Below are positions 48,521 to 63,300 of a DNA stretch of 64,000 bases, piece by piece. Each line of letters opens with the position of its first letter. Position 1 is the first letter of the stretch. Both the position numbers and the translations under genes were made by a program. The DNA is from Lingula anatina (lineage: Eukaryota > Animalia > Brachiopoda): positions 68,860,788 to 68,924,787 of the forward strand of contig CM120640.1 of NCBI GenBank assembly GCA_051362555.1, written 5' to 3'. Below the pieces are notes generated by a model that saw only the letters and a list, made by a program, of their open reading frames with translations, was not told the DNA's origin and did no database searches.

Positions 48521-50029
48521 TGTCCACAGAACTTAATGATGTTCTTCAAGTATGCGGATTATTTATAGACGAGTTTCTATGCTTCAAGACTCTTGTTAAC
48601 AACGAAGGAACAAAGGTGATAAATAACTCTTTCCGTCTACTTTGACTGAAATTGCACACCAAGGTTCGTTGTATTTTCGAGGCCTATAGCGCAAAGAGTG
48701 TCAGCTTACGGTAGATGGACATGGAATGGCTTATTAGCAAAATTACGAATAATTACTTAAATACACTGCCCCTTAGACATAGCCATTAAAAGTCATTGGG
48801 GAACCGGGATAAAAGTCAATCCTCACGGCCAGCGCCCGTCCTACAGATAAAGCGGCAAAGGTGTGATATGTTACTGACAATGGACTCACTACTAGGGGAA
48901 CAGACAGAAGGTTCGGGTAACGATGTGCTTTAGTGCCCGTGGCTTAAACTTTGCGCCTTGATCGGTTAATTCCGAGCCAATTTTTGGTTATTTAGCCCAT
49001 GCATATTGCTGGATTAGGAATGGATTATACGAATGTCTACTGTTCAAGAGTAACAGACGTGGTGCATGCGCATTGCCTTTTATTTTTGTTAAAATTATTC
49101 TTGTCCCATGGCAAATAAACGCCATCTTATTATGATTATATTTTTGGGAGGTGGAGGGTGGTGGTGGGTGGTGGGTGGGTGACCCTGTCGAAACGTTCAC
49201 CAAAGTTATTATTTTTTTTTTCAACAAGGGAGGGGTGACAGCTGGAGTGAAAGGTTTAGCGTGTATCAACAGCTACAGTAATAATAATAGTAATAATAAT
49301 AATTATGTTTTTTTTTTATTTTAAGTGTAAAAACCATTTTAAATGTTCGGTAGACTTTACAGAGTCATGATTTATGAAACGCAAACACAATATTTAAAAG
49401 AGTAAAATAAATAAAAGAAACATTCAGATAGTAAATAATAATATAAGATCGATTTCAATATCCAGTCAATTGGGAGGTGGGGAATCCATTACAGGATTTT
49501 TATGGGATTCTGCTGCTTGCTTTCAAGTGTGAACCATATTTAATCCGCGGACTAGTTGTGAATACTCTCTGAGCCTCCTATTCCTTGCCACTGTTGAAAA
49601 GCACGGCACTAGTAGCTTAGGGCTCATTCCCAATCAAACTATCGTTCTACGTAGATCAATGTGACTTGGGGGGTGAGGTGGGAGGAGGCTCTCGCTGAAT
49701 GCAATCAGATTAACAGATTAACACGCCTCCTCCTGGTGTTGAGTAGAATACATACAAGGTGGTGAAATATATACTTTGCAACTTATCAGAAACTCTAAAC
49801 TGACAAGCAGTTAAAGTGTTGAATAATAATTGACAATAGGAAAACAGGGGAGGTAAGAAGGGGACAGCAATTACCACAGGCTGGCGGCTACCTTAGTTCA
49901 CTTCCCTGATTCCTGGAAAAAATTCTGAAATATTACTGCCATATAAATGATTGGTTCAGTCGAACAAAGGCTTAATTTACCCCTATTTGATAGTTTGAAC
50001 TTCCATATACTAATTCCTTTTGAAAATAA

Positions 50030-50249
50030 GACCCCATTTCCATAGATTTAGATCGATCTATCCCTGTGGGGAGTCTCACTAGATTACTGTCAGCTTAGCC
50101 GGCTAAAAGCGTCTGTCCCGCCTACTAAAAGCTGTAAAGGTAAACTATGGTGCGCGCACGGCTGACTGCAATTTAGCGTGAACCCCCAGGAAGTTAGGTC
50201 GATCTAAATCTTAATCTCTGGATTGATCTAAATCTCTGGGAATGCACCC
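50030..50249. mobile_element. Tourist-like MITE family A, inverted copy (TAA target duplication)
   Basis: Reverse-complement homologue of 10025-10238 (GGGGAGTCTCACTAGATTACTGTCAG), with TAA on both sides. Confidence 0.75.
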
Positions 50250-52241
50250 TAAAAGGCGTAAAATGATGATGATTTAATTCAACCTACTAACATTTTACAT
50301 TTTAATGAGAGTCGGGTGTAAGGCGTGGAGATTTTCTCTTTGAGAATTGAAATCTCCCACAATGCAGTTCCCAGTGAAGTTGGTTCGATGCCAAGTAATA
50401 TAGATATTATCTTCTCACCTGGTTTGAGTAATGTAGTTCCCAACATGACAGCAAAATCTGTTACCCAAAATCAGTGCACTTTATTAACCTGTATAACAAA
50501 TAAAACAAACATAATCATCATCCAGGCGTGAAAGCCCCGTTGCTTACCAGTACGACATTTCCCCTGTGTTTCATCTTTTAAAAAATTATAAATAGCCTAA
50601 ATAAAAATAAATACCTAATGGGACACTTCTTCTTTTATCTGCTGGAAATGTAGCTGACATTAATTTTTATAATGTTATTAAAATAATTTTGCCTTTTAAA
50701 GCTTTGCCCTCGCTTATTCGAATTCATAAAAATGATGGCGAATTATATTGCAGGCGATCCGCCTAGGGAAATCTTGCGTTGCCTTCGTCCCTGTGGTGGT
50801 TGGACCTTACTCCAAACCCACTGGGCCCGGTTTTATAAAGGACGTTTAGGACTATCCAGTAAATAAGCGTAACCAGTGGATAAATTATCTAAACACTGGT
50901 TAACTAAACGGCGGGTAAAACTGTGTTTTATAAACAGCATTTAAACAGCCGGTTAGTTAATGTACATTTAAAGTCATAATAACTCTTCGTTTTAGCCAAA
51001 AATTGGATTTTCCTGGAGTAAACGGCAATTTTCCCGTACTTACCAATGGTCAACGACCCCATTCCTGCATTCAAAGTTAGTCCAGGGTTTTTTCCCCTTA
51101 AACGTTTTGTTTTTTGTTAAAATATCTTAAGAGATTTTAACTGACGGAGCCCTCTCTGACATTGCCGTTTTAGTGGTAAAATGCAATAGAATATATTTCC
51201 ATGCATTGTGTACAATGTATTTCTTGCGGAATTTTGAATCCCAAAGGAAGAGTTGTTATTGCTTTACCCCAATTCCCCTAAACGCTGCCAACACGCCATC
51301 ATACGGTAGCTCAACGTTAGCAGCACGTTCAGTAAGTTCTGGGGTTGTTCGGAACTCGTCAAATACGTCTAAAATTGTCAATGTGCGCTAGAGGTAAGTT
51401 CGATATAAGTTACACGTAGGTTCAAAGCGCGTTAATCATAGGTTGAACAACGCTTGGGTACGCTTGATATTATCTTGACGTATTCTACGACTTGTGAGTA
51501 ACTGACACGTGTGTGTGAACGGGCGTCAACGATCGCATAACTTTTTGCCCGCGTATGCGGGACGTATGAATCATACGTTGACATAGGCCTACGTCTAAAA
51601 GTTTTGTGCATGCACAAAATTTTTGGACTACCTGGACGTACTACGACGTATGCCGGCGCGCTTCAGCGTGCTCTTAACTTAAACAAAACTAACCCATAAC
51701 TTATTCGACGTACGCCAGCCTATTGGCCAAATTTTTCATACGTTGGCGTTCGCTGGCTGAATCGTCAAGGTGTGACAGGGCCATAAGTGGGTTAAAATTA
51801 CTAACCCGATTTTAATCGTTCTTTTCCCATTTTTCAAATGTAGTTGACTATTATATAAATTCATTTTTATCTCAGTCTGCATTATACATCACAATGCCAT
51901 TATAAATGTATTTAGATTTGTCTTGGACCCATCAACCCATTATCATACAGTACAGTGGGTGGGCTATACGTCCAATTTAGCCCAAAGACTGCAAGGAAAC
52001 ACAAATAGGTGCCAGTGGGTGCCATTGTGTCATTGCGATAGATGCGAAATAACTCTTGACCGATCATTAACCTATTTTTCAATAGGTGGCAGCACTAAAA
52101 CCCGCTAATGATAGATACAGTTTAAGTTATCACGTACATGAGTAGTTTATCGCAGAGGAACCAGTACTGGCGTGTTTGTGGGGTGAACATCTTGTCACCG
52201 AGTTGAAGCTGGGGGCTGTAACAGTTGTAACATTCAGCAGC

Positions 52242-55200
52242 ATGAACTGTGAGGATGATTTTGAAGACGATGACGAACAGGAGGACTGGCGTTCTTGTGA
52301 TTGGGCTCAACCGGGGAATCAGGCCCCAAGTCGTCAAAATTCCAAAAGGGACTCCGAGATGGAGAAAATACAGCGTCAAAAACAAGACGGAAGCTCATTC
52401 AGTGATCTTAGTAGGTGTTCCCAAATCTTATATATCTATTTCAGTCTTCGTTTCTGATAAATGTGCTGCCCCGGTGTAACGAACGGAGAGTTCTACCCTT
52501 ACAATGTCCGGCGGCCGCGGATGCTACGTTTTAAAACTGACAGTGCAAGACTCTAACTTTTGAATCCTAGGGTCTCCTGACTTCTTGTTCTAAAATGGAG
52601 GAACCGCTTGGAAATTCCGAATCCTTAGTGGTCTGCGTTGCTCCTCCATTTTTTTACAGCTATGTGTGGGCTATTGTGAATCGGATCCACATTCTCAGTT
52701 TCTTGTACATCTACATTGACAAAGTCATCAAGGGGATCTTCATTGAGTTTGTTGCAAAATTTCTTTTCCTTGGTCGCTGATTATAACCGATGAAAATCCT
52801 AATCTTCCGATAAAGGACATATGCTGCAAATACTTCAATTTAACTTTCTTGCAGCTAGTAATTGTTTTTAAATAAAATGTTGTTACAAGCATGCCGAACA
52901 AACAAATGTTCATTAAGGTTTAACATTTTTTAAATGTTTTAAATAAAGAAGCTTTGTGTATTTTGGTAAACTCATATCATCATCAGCTGTGCAACATACA
53001 CAGCAACTGAAGAAGCACTTTAGTTCTTCAGTGCTATGGCAGATGCATGCTTAGTTAAATAACAGTTAACTGTGCATATATATCTGTTCCCCCTGTGTGA
53101 TTCCGCATAGTTATTTACTTCTTTAGTATTTACTTGACACTCGTGGCATGTAGCTATGTAATGTCATATGCCACTGGTCATGCTTGGTCAGTAGTAATGT
53201 CTTTTTGTGACTCCAAGGTGTCCACTTGAATGTATCAGTACCCTTTTTATGTACAGACACAGATGTGTCTGTACATATAGCCATCATCTGCGTCTGTCGT
53301 CGCCGTCGTCGCCGTCGTCGCCGTCCTTGCCGTCGTGCACTTTTACCGATAACACGATAAGTGGAAAACTGTTTTTTATTTCAGCTTGAAACTTACAGAA
53401 TTGATGAATATTCATAATACACAGGTCAAGTTCGAAAATCAGCATGATTGGGTGACTTGTAGGGAAGTTATGCCATTTTTTCACTTTTTTCAGCATATAT
53501 GCAGCACCGATAACACGATAAGTGGAAAACCATTTTACTTTTTGGCCTGAAACTTACAAAACTGATGAATATTCATAATCCGCAGGTCAAGTTCGAAAAT
53601 CAGCATGATCGGGCCATTTTTAGGGGAGTTATGCTATTTTTTCACTTTTTTCAACATATATGCAGCACTGATAACACAATATAAGAAAAACAGATAGGCC
53701 AATTGTCATTATACTTACAGGAGTGGTCAATCTTACTAAAATGCAGGTTGAGTTCCAAAATCAGCATAATCAGGCCATTATTTTAGAAGTTATGCTGTTT
53801 TTTCGCATTTCCTCAGATTCAATTGTTAGGCATGTTAACAGTGTCATTATTGAACTAATAAGATATGTAAAAGTGTTTGTTTGACATTTCCTGCATCTTT
53901 ATGACATTGTTAGTTGATTATGTAAAAATGATGGTAAACTTGATATCGTGTATTGTGTAATAAAGTGTCAAAAATGGAAATAAACTCATATCATTGCAGT
54001 TTTTCAGATTCATTCATCTACTATCTTCAGAATCTCAGAATGGAGGAAATTGGACATTTAACACTGTTCTATTGATATTTTTCCCATCTCATCAATTTTC
54101 TTAGTTGGTCATATACAAATGGTAGTAAACTGTTTATTTTGTTTTATGTTAAAAAGGGTTTTAAAAATGGAAGAAAACCCATTGCAGAACAGTGCTGTCA
54201 TGTTTCAGCATATATGCAGCACCGATAACACGATAAGTGGAAAACCATTTTACCTTTTGCCTTGAAACTTACAGAACTGCTGAATATTCATAATAGGCAG
54301 GTCTAGTTCGAAAATCAGCATGATGGGGTCATTTTTAGGGAAGTTATGCTGTTTTTCACTTTTTTCAGCATATATGCAACACTGATAACATTAGTGAAAA
54401 ATCATTTTACCTTTTGGCTTGAAACTTGCAGAACTAATGAATATTCATATTACGCAGGTCAAGTTCGAAAAGCAGCATGATCAGGTCATTTTCAGGGTAG
54501 TTATGCTGTTTTTTCACTTTTTTCAGCATATATGCAGCACCGATAACACGATAAGTGGAAAACCATTTTACCTTTTAGTTTCAAACTTACTAAGTACAGA
54601 ACTGATGAATATTCATAATACGCAGGTCAAGTTTGAAAATCAGCATGATCGGGTCATTTTTAGGGAAGTTATGCTGTTTTTCACTTTTTTCAGCATATAT
54701 GCAACACTGATAACATGATAAGTGGAAAACCATTTTACCTTTTGGCTTGAAACTTGCAGAACAAATGTGTATTTATAATACGCAGGTCAAGTTTGAAAAT
54801 CAGCATGTTCGGGTCATTTTTAGGGAAGTAATGCTGTTTTTTCACTTTTTTCAGCATGTATGCAACACCTATAACACATTTGTGCTATATGATGGTACTG
54901 TAGGAATGGGTGATCACTAATTAAATTAAGGTCTATAAAGTCACTTGCCTACTCATTAATTTTCAATTGGCCATTAAATGAGATTACATAAAACACTCCT
55001 TGAGATTTCCCTGTAAAGTCCCATAGGTTTAGCTCTCTTAACTGTGTCACAAAATTAGGATTTGGTGATAATTGTGCAGATAAATGGTGTTTAACATTGC
55101 AAATAAATTTACAACAAAAAAAAAAGTGATATGCCAACATGCTATAGATGAATAACAGTGCTTTATTTTTCTCAAACTTGGTGGGGTTATTAATATCAAG

Positions 55201-57299
55201 TTAATACAGCTAGATTGAAAGTTTGAATAGCAGCTTTATTGGAAATTTTACGTTTTATTTAAATTTTTTTTAAAATAATTTTTCAAACACTAGCATCCTC
55301 TAGATGTGATTTTTAACTCCCATCCACCAGAGGTGCCGTGCATTTTCTGTATTTTTGTATATAATTGTTATTTCTTCAGATTTAATTCTTGGGCATGTCA
55401 ACAGTCTCATTATGTAACTAATAAGATATGTAAAAGTGTTGTTTTGACATTTTCTGCTTCTTAACAATATTGTTAGTTGATTATATAAAAATGACGGTAA
55501 ACCTGTTATTGTGCTTTGTGTAATAAAGTTTCATAAATGGAAAGGAACTCATTATTGCAGTTTGTCAGATTTAATCATTCACTATGTTCAGCATCTGCAA
55601 ATGGAGCAAATTGGACATTGAAAATTGTTCTATTGATATTTTTCTTATGTCAACAATTTTCCTAGTTGAACATTTAAAAATGACAGTTTATTGATTATTT
55701 TGTTTTAAAAAAGGTGTTGAAAATGGAAAGAAAATCATTTCAGTACAGTTATCTCTTGTTTACATTTTGGCATTTTGAAAGTGTGACTCTGAACTTCCGT
55801 GGCCTTGAAGACCTTCCCAAATCACATTTTCTGAATATTCATGATACTTTTATTTTTTTATAAAAAAATTGATGGTCAATATGCTGTTAAGTATTATGTT
55901 TTATTGCATGAAAGTTGAAGAAAACCCTATTTTGGACACTGCTGCCAGGATAGCGATTAAGGGAAAACCATGTTACTTATGATAATCAACCTTACTGAGA
56001 AGACTGAAGTGCAGCTTGTGTTGGAAAACCATTGTAATTGTTTTCTGTTTTGAAAGCAATGCAGTAGAGTGCTATTTGGTGCAATAAATGTATATGGATA
56101 GTAGGCAATTATTTCAGGGTTATAAAGTAATTTGCTTAATTAATTTTCAAGTTATTTCAGGGTTATAAAATAATTTGCTTAATTAATTTTCAAGTGGCCA
56201 TTAAATGAGATTACATAAACACACATTGAGATTTCATTGTAAAGTCCCATAGGTTTATCTCTCTTAACTGTGTCACATAATTAGGAGTCGATGATTATTA
56301 TGCAGGTAAATGTTATTTAATATTGAAAATAAGTTTACAAAAAAAATTTTGTGTAACGCTTACATTAATGCTAAAGATGAATAACAGTGCCTTATTATTC
56401 TCAAACTCAATAGGGTTATTCATATCATGTTAGTAATTGTACAGCTAGATTAAAAGTTTGAATAGCAGCTTTATTGGTATTTTTTGTTATGTTTTATTTT
56501 ACATTTTCTTTTAATTTTTTTTTTCAAACACTAGCATCTTCAAGATGACACTTTCAACTGTCATCCACCAGAAGCGCTGTGTATTTTGTTTTTCCACATT
56601 AGCAGTTGTGCTGGTTTTTATGTCTTTAAACATTGTGTAATATTATTTTATGCACTGTCATCATTTTTCACATATAGGGATTTTCATTATGTGAATTTGA
56701 ACTCTCACATATGGTCCTGAAACTGTAATCTTGTTGACCATGTTATTCTGTTGTATATATTTTTGAAATTTTTATCTTTTACCTACTGGCATTTTCAGTG
56801 TGGGACTTATAACTCCAAAGGGTATGTAACAGTTCACTTTTATTGATACTACCTGTTGTGCAATATTTGCAACTTGACTTTACAGTTAAAGGGATAATAA
56901 CTGTTCTTTTTTGGCAAATAATTTTTTTTCTAAAAAGTTTTTTTTGTTAAAATCTCTTAAGAAATTATTACAAAGTATAGCCACCTATGGAGGTCACATG
57001 GTCTGATGACAAGTTCAGATATCAGAATAATAGCTATGACTGCCCTTTTTGTGGTAAAACAAAATATATTATATTTCTGTGACTTGTTTACACTGTTTAA
57101 ACTGAAGTTGGATGATTCATATCATGGTTATGCAGCTAGACTGAATGGCAGCTTTAGTGGAATATTTTTTGTAATTTTTTCTTTAATTTTAAATTTTTCA
57201 AACTGGCATTTTCAAGATGTGACTTATCACTCCCATCCACCAGGAGCCCTGTACTGTAACTTTGTAACACTTTCTGTATTTTTTTAACTTACAAGTATG

Positions 57300-57377
<78 letters not shown>

Positions 57378-60300
57378 AAATTGAGTTTAAGCAATGAGTT
57401 TAAGAAATTTTCACTTTATCCCATTCTGGCATTTCCAAAGTTTAACTCTTATCAGCCTCAAGCCTTAGGGACTATTTCCAGACCCTATCACGCTAACTGT
57501 GGATCGATGTATCTCCAAGGGAATTCTCGCTAAATTGCAATCAATGTAAGTGGCTTAGCTGTCTGTCACGCCTACTGAAACTGGCATGCCAGAATCCTAA
57601 GCCGCTTAAACTGAAAGCAATTTAGTGAGAAACCCCTTGGAGTTGGATTGATCCTGTTAGATTGATCTAGGTATGGGAACTCAGTCTAATGCTTGTTACA
57701 CATTTTACTTTCATCCTAATTCAATGTTATGCACAATTAGAATTTGATGTTGGCTATGCAGTTACAGTAAGCATAATACATTAATGCATCAAAATTGACA
57801 GTATCCTATTTCCTGCGCTTTTTTTTCTGTTTTTTGTCTGTACATTTGACAGCTTTGCTGCCTTGTTTATAGAAAAAAGATCATCTCACTCATTGCTAAA
57901 GGAAATATGCATTTTCAAGTGAAGGGTATTTAGAGTTGAGTACAATTTTCACTCAGACATCATAAAAAAAAACTGAAAGATTAATGTACATTTTCATTGT
58001 GCAGCTGTTTCATTATTGTGGTCTTTTCCTCCTCATTTTCAGCACCCTTCCTCCACTCTCCCAACACAGTAATTGTGTTGCTCTCTTCTGCACTTGTTAT
58101 CTTGTGTTCCTCATGTCCAATGGACCATGCAAGGCTTCATTTCACTTGCAGTGCCGAGTCCCTTTTATTTTAACAAATTAAGTATACATTTTTTGTGCCA
58201 ATGTCAGCTACAAGTGGTACAGTCAAGTAAGTAGAATGGCAAGGATAGAAACGCAAATTGAGGATGTGAGCATGCAGGTCTGCCTTTTTCTGGTATCTCT
58301 TTGTGAAGTCTCTCTCACATGTGCATGTGCTAAGTACAGACACCTACATGTATGTTGTGCTTTTCCCTAGCTGGCTCATTTCCACTACAGCTTGTGAAAC
58401 ATTCTGAACTTTTATAATTTCCAGGAAATATTCTTAGAGGAATAAAATTTACACTATTTTTCTGCATTTGACCCATTGAGGCTCTTCTCTAGTGAAATGA
58501 TGGGAATTTTTCCACAATTTTCACTTACAGATGCTGAGTATGGGACTGCCTCACAGCTGCACGATTTACACCAACATAGTGAATTGTAACACACTGAAGT
58601 AGTAGCTGGACAAAAATATCTGAAAAAATTTAGTACTAAAAAAACATTAAGAACATTAATCTATTAATATTATCTATTAACAGATTTCATTTGTGTAGTC
58701 ATGGGTGAATAAATCCAAAATTACCCAGGTTATAACTCGCTTTGTGGAAATTAAGTAAGAATAATTACATTATGTTAAATATATCAACTATTATTCTGAT
58801 GACATGATCCAGGTGCAACCGAAGCTAATGAAGATGGTAAAGACCTCGTATCCCGTATGGCTCTCAACGACAACAAGGCTGGCATGGAGGGCCTGGACAA
58901 GGAGAAGATCAACAAAATCATATATGAGGCATCAAAGGGTAGGTTGTACCACCTTAGCATTGTGATGTGATAGTAAATACTATCAGTAGGCAGTAGGTCA
59001 TCCTTAATGACCTGACCCCTTAAGTGCCCTGGCCCCAGTTTAAAAAAAAAACAAAAAAACTGAAATTTCCAAGGTTATGTGGTCACATGCACACATCTTA
59101 TCCTATCAGGAACACTGTTACAGCACTCTCATGGAAATCCTAGTCAACCAAGCCAGGGAACCAGACCCAACTTTAGACTTGGAACATATGTCAATTTGAC
59201 AGATGTAGTTAATATGAGCTAAGTAATCATTGGACTTTGTGGAAGTAGAATTAAAATGTGTTACAAGTAGCTCTGAGTTTTAAAATTGTCCTTATGCATT
59301 TTTTACACAGGCTCAAGATTTTATGAAAATGAACTGAAGAAAGAAGAACAAGTAAACATCAGGATAGCTGAGCAGAAAAGGAAGTTTTTGAAGTTGACCA
59401 AGAAGAACATACAGCAAGGCACAATAGAGGTATGGAGTAGTCCTGCAGTGAAAGCTATGTATGTGTAGTGACTGAACATTTTATTACTCTGAAATCATAA
59501 TTTGACAAGTGATGAAGTGTTTCCACAGTATTCAAGATTACTCTTTTGACAATGTACATTGTATCACAATACTCAATATGTAATTGTAAGGGATCTGGTG
59601 TATCATGGAAAGGATCTGATATATATCATTGTACCACTGTAGTAGTTTAGAGAGCCTGTAAATGTATTTTTCTATGATCAGTGAAATAATCAATGAAATA
59701 TTATTATTACTATTATTATTATTATCATATCATCATGTCAGGTAGACAAGTTACTTCACCAGTTGGAAGAATCCCGAGATCTTGGACATACAATAGTTCA
59801 TGTGGACATGGATGCTTTCTATGCTGCTGTAGAAATGCGGGATGCGCCAAGTCTGAGAAATAAACCCATGGCCGTGGGAGGAATGGACATGTTGGTGAGA
59901 CATCTTTCCTGTAACATTTTTGAGTTTTTTTTTTTTTTTTTTTTTTTTTTACCATTTTTATTTATAACCAGATTAGGCTTTCTGTGATGGAAGATTTCAG
60001 CACAAGTAAGTATTCAGTGTGTATTGAATTGTGTGCAGGTATGTTTTTATTTTGACGGTTACTAAAGAATTGAAATATTTTGATTTAGATTTAATGTTTT
60101 TTTTTTTAATTTGTTGAATGCCTTGATTTTGTTTGTTGATATTAAAACATATTTTTGTTTGCATGTAAACCACAACTCAAAAATCCTGAAATTACAATAT
60201 ATTGTCCAAGACCAAGCCCTTTCAAGAAAAAACATTGACCCAATTGATTTTTTTTTTCAGTCAACCTCCAACTATTTGGCCAGAAGATTTGGTGTTCGAG

Positions 60301-63300
60301 CAGCAATGCCTGGTTTCATTGCAAAGAAACTGTGTCCAGATCTTGTAATCGTGCCAACAAACTTTGACAAGTATCGAGCTGTGAGTAAAGAGGTGCGAGA
60401 CATTATGTCAGAGTATGATTCCAACTTTTGTCCAATGAGTTTAGATGAGGCGTACCTGGACTTCACAGACCACTTGGAAAAAAGACGAAACTTGTCCGAA
60501 GCTGAAAGAACACATACATTAACCACTGACAGGTGCACTTGTTTGGAACATTCTGGTGTTGAGAGTCATGAAAATGGTAAACCCTCAAGAAGCAAGAGGG
60601 AAGTTTCCACTGAAGAAAATGCTAATGGTGAACATTTGGTAATTGGCAACAGTGAAGTTACGCAGAGTAAGCTAGAAAAAGATAATTTTGACAGTGGTGA
60701 TGATAATGGTGACCATGGTAATGATAATGGTAACAGTGGTCATGATAACGGTGACCGTGGTGATGGTAACTGTGTCCATGGTGATGATAATGATGACAGT
60801 GGTGCTCATATTTCAACTATTGGTGCTGCAACAGCAGAACATGGATGCCCCCAGTGTGGGAAAGGAGTGGTAATCAAAGAAATCAGGACATTTGGACTTA
60901 GTGCCGAGGAAGCAGTGCATGAAATGAGGTTCAGAATACAACAGAAAACAAATCTCACTGCAAGTGCAGGTATGGCCAACATAGATAATTTATTGATTGT
61001 TAATTTCTACATCTTACATTTTTGTAAATTTTAGATTAAGATGCCAAGGCATACTATCATTTGTATTTTAAAATGACAAATTGTAAATGGCAAATGAATA
61101 TTCTCAAAATTTTCATTGCAATGATACACTTAAGCCATTAAATGATCAGTAATAACTAAAACCCTGCTCTCCATCCCTAAGGCATAGCCCCCAACACAAT
61201 GCTGGCCAAAGTGTGCTCTGACAAGAACAAGCCCAATGGGCAGTATATGATACCAGCCACCAGAGAGGCAGTCATGGATTTTGTGAAAGATATGCCCATT
61301 AGAAAGGTAAGTGAAGGGAACACGTATATTGTCCATCTTGTACTATTCTATGGGAAAAGAGGTTATATGTTGTTTTACTACTTGTGATGTTCTTAGCATA
61401 AGGAAGGTGTGTTGGTTACTTTATTTTGGCATGTAGGCAGTGTATATTTAGGCTCAATATTTCCCTCTGAAAACATTTCCTTTTTTTTTTTTTTGGAATT
61501 AAAATTGAAATGAAGAGACTGTTTACATGATTTTGTGCCAAAATACTAAAATTTTCCTGTCATCCTCATATAATTTATATTGCTCATAAACTGTCACTTT
61601 ATTCAGTTTCAAACTCTTTTAAATTCCCATTATCCATTTAATTGTAAGCAAAGTGAACAGATATCCTCCATTTTATTTTATGCAAAAATGAACTTTGGAA
61701 GCAGAGGAATGATTCAATAGGTGTGCAACAAGCCTTTGAGAAAAGCAAAAGCTACCTTAAAACTAAGAGAGGTTTTTGACCCCCAAATCCCCTAAGTCCT
61801 GCTCTGTAAGTAAAGCATAATACTGGTACTCTTGTCAGGTGTGTGGGATTGGCAAAGTATCTGAGAAGATGCTGAGTGCTCTTGGTGTGACCACCTGTGC
61901 TGATGTGTATGAGAAGAGGGGGATATTGTATCACCTGTATTCCCAGATGTCATTCAAGTACTTCATGCAGATTTGCCTTGGTATTGGCTCTACAAGAATT
62001 GGCAGGTAATGTTTATAGACATCAGGGGTTTCCCCAGGATTTGGGGGTACAGGGAGTGTAAAAGAATAACTTGAGGGGGAGGGGGGTGCTAGGTCACCCA
62101 CAGACTGTCCTGATGAACCAACCCATCATCCCCCATAACACAGCTGTGTTGGTAAATCTTAGCTGTATTTTGAGGCCAGTGGCTGACCAAATGATGGCTT
62201 GATAGCTCTCTGGGGAACTCTTGATAGATACACAAGTACAGTGTAACTGGAGTGCCCTAGATGTACATGTAATTTGCAACCTGGCATATAATTTCTAACT
62301 ACAGTTATGGTTGATCTTCATTTCAGAGATTCTGAGAGAAAAAGCATGAGTGTTGAAAGGTAAGTACCTCCCCATTTGTGTGCAGTAGGTTGTTTATTGT
62401 ATTGAAAAGAATAACAGTCAGTTGCTGCACACTGTGATGATAGCTTTAAGATATGATTTCATATATAGAGAAAACTTTTCATTTTGAGTTTTTTTAATGC
62501 CTATGTTTTAAATGATGGTTTTTCTTTCCACATTGGCAGGACATTGATAGCTTTAACTTAAGATTTCATATATAGAGAAAACTTAACATTTTGAGTGTTT
62601 TTAATGGCTATGGTTTAAATGATGGTATTTCTTTCCACATTGGCAGGACATTTCAAGAAATGAGCAAAACGACTGACCTCTATCAGAAGTGCAGTGAACT
62701 GTGTGAAGAACTTGCCAGTGATCTTATGCAGGAGAACTTGAGTGTTTGTACATTTATTTCACTTTACTTGAATATTTAAAATTGGCATTGCAATAGCACT
62801 GGATAGCAATGTGTTTTATATGTGGTCTGTTAATGTATGTCGTAGATGATGTAAAAAGTTCTCTCGACAAAATGACCTGTTTTAACAATGTACATATATG
62901 CATAAAAGCTTTTAATTTTTTAATTGTATTAGAAACCATATCTCATTATGTTGTTTTATTGAATGATTTAATGATAACCGAATAAATAACACCATCTTTT
63001 ATCTTGAATTGATAGGGGAAAACTGTGACTCTCAAGCTGAAAACTGTCAAGTTTGAAGTCAAAACCCGCGCCCAGTCCTTAGTTGAGTATACCTGTGACA
63101 GTGACTGCATTTATAAAGCTGCACAAGATTTACTAAGAGCAGAAATTCTGGCGTGTTCTCCAAATCCTTTAAGGTTGAGGCTCATGGGTAAGTGATGCAC
63201 AATAATATATACTGTTGTACCTCTAAATATTTATAGATTTTGGTTTATTGCTAACAGTGTCATCTCAAATGAGCCCCCTTTAAAATATCCAGGTTGGATT

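Noticed and set aside
48276-48527. Alternative reading frame MDNGRDFSRG... as the true first exon
   Set aside because: It lacks a signal peptide, and its phase-1 donor does not join the downstream exons in frame. The frame starting at 48520 does.
53345-54880. Hammerhead ribozymes in the satellite units (CTGATGA present)
   Set aside because: CTGATGA occurs, but I could not build the flanking stems and a correctly placed GAAA core.
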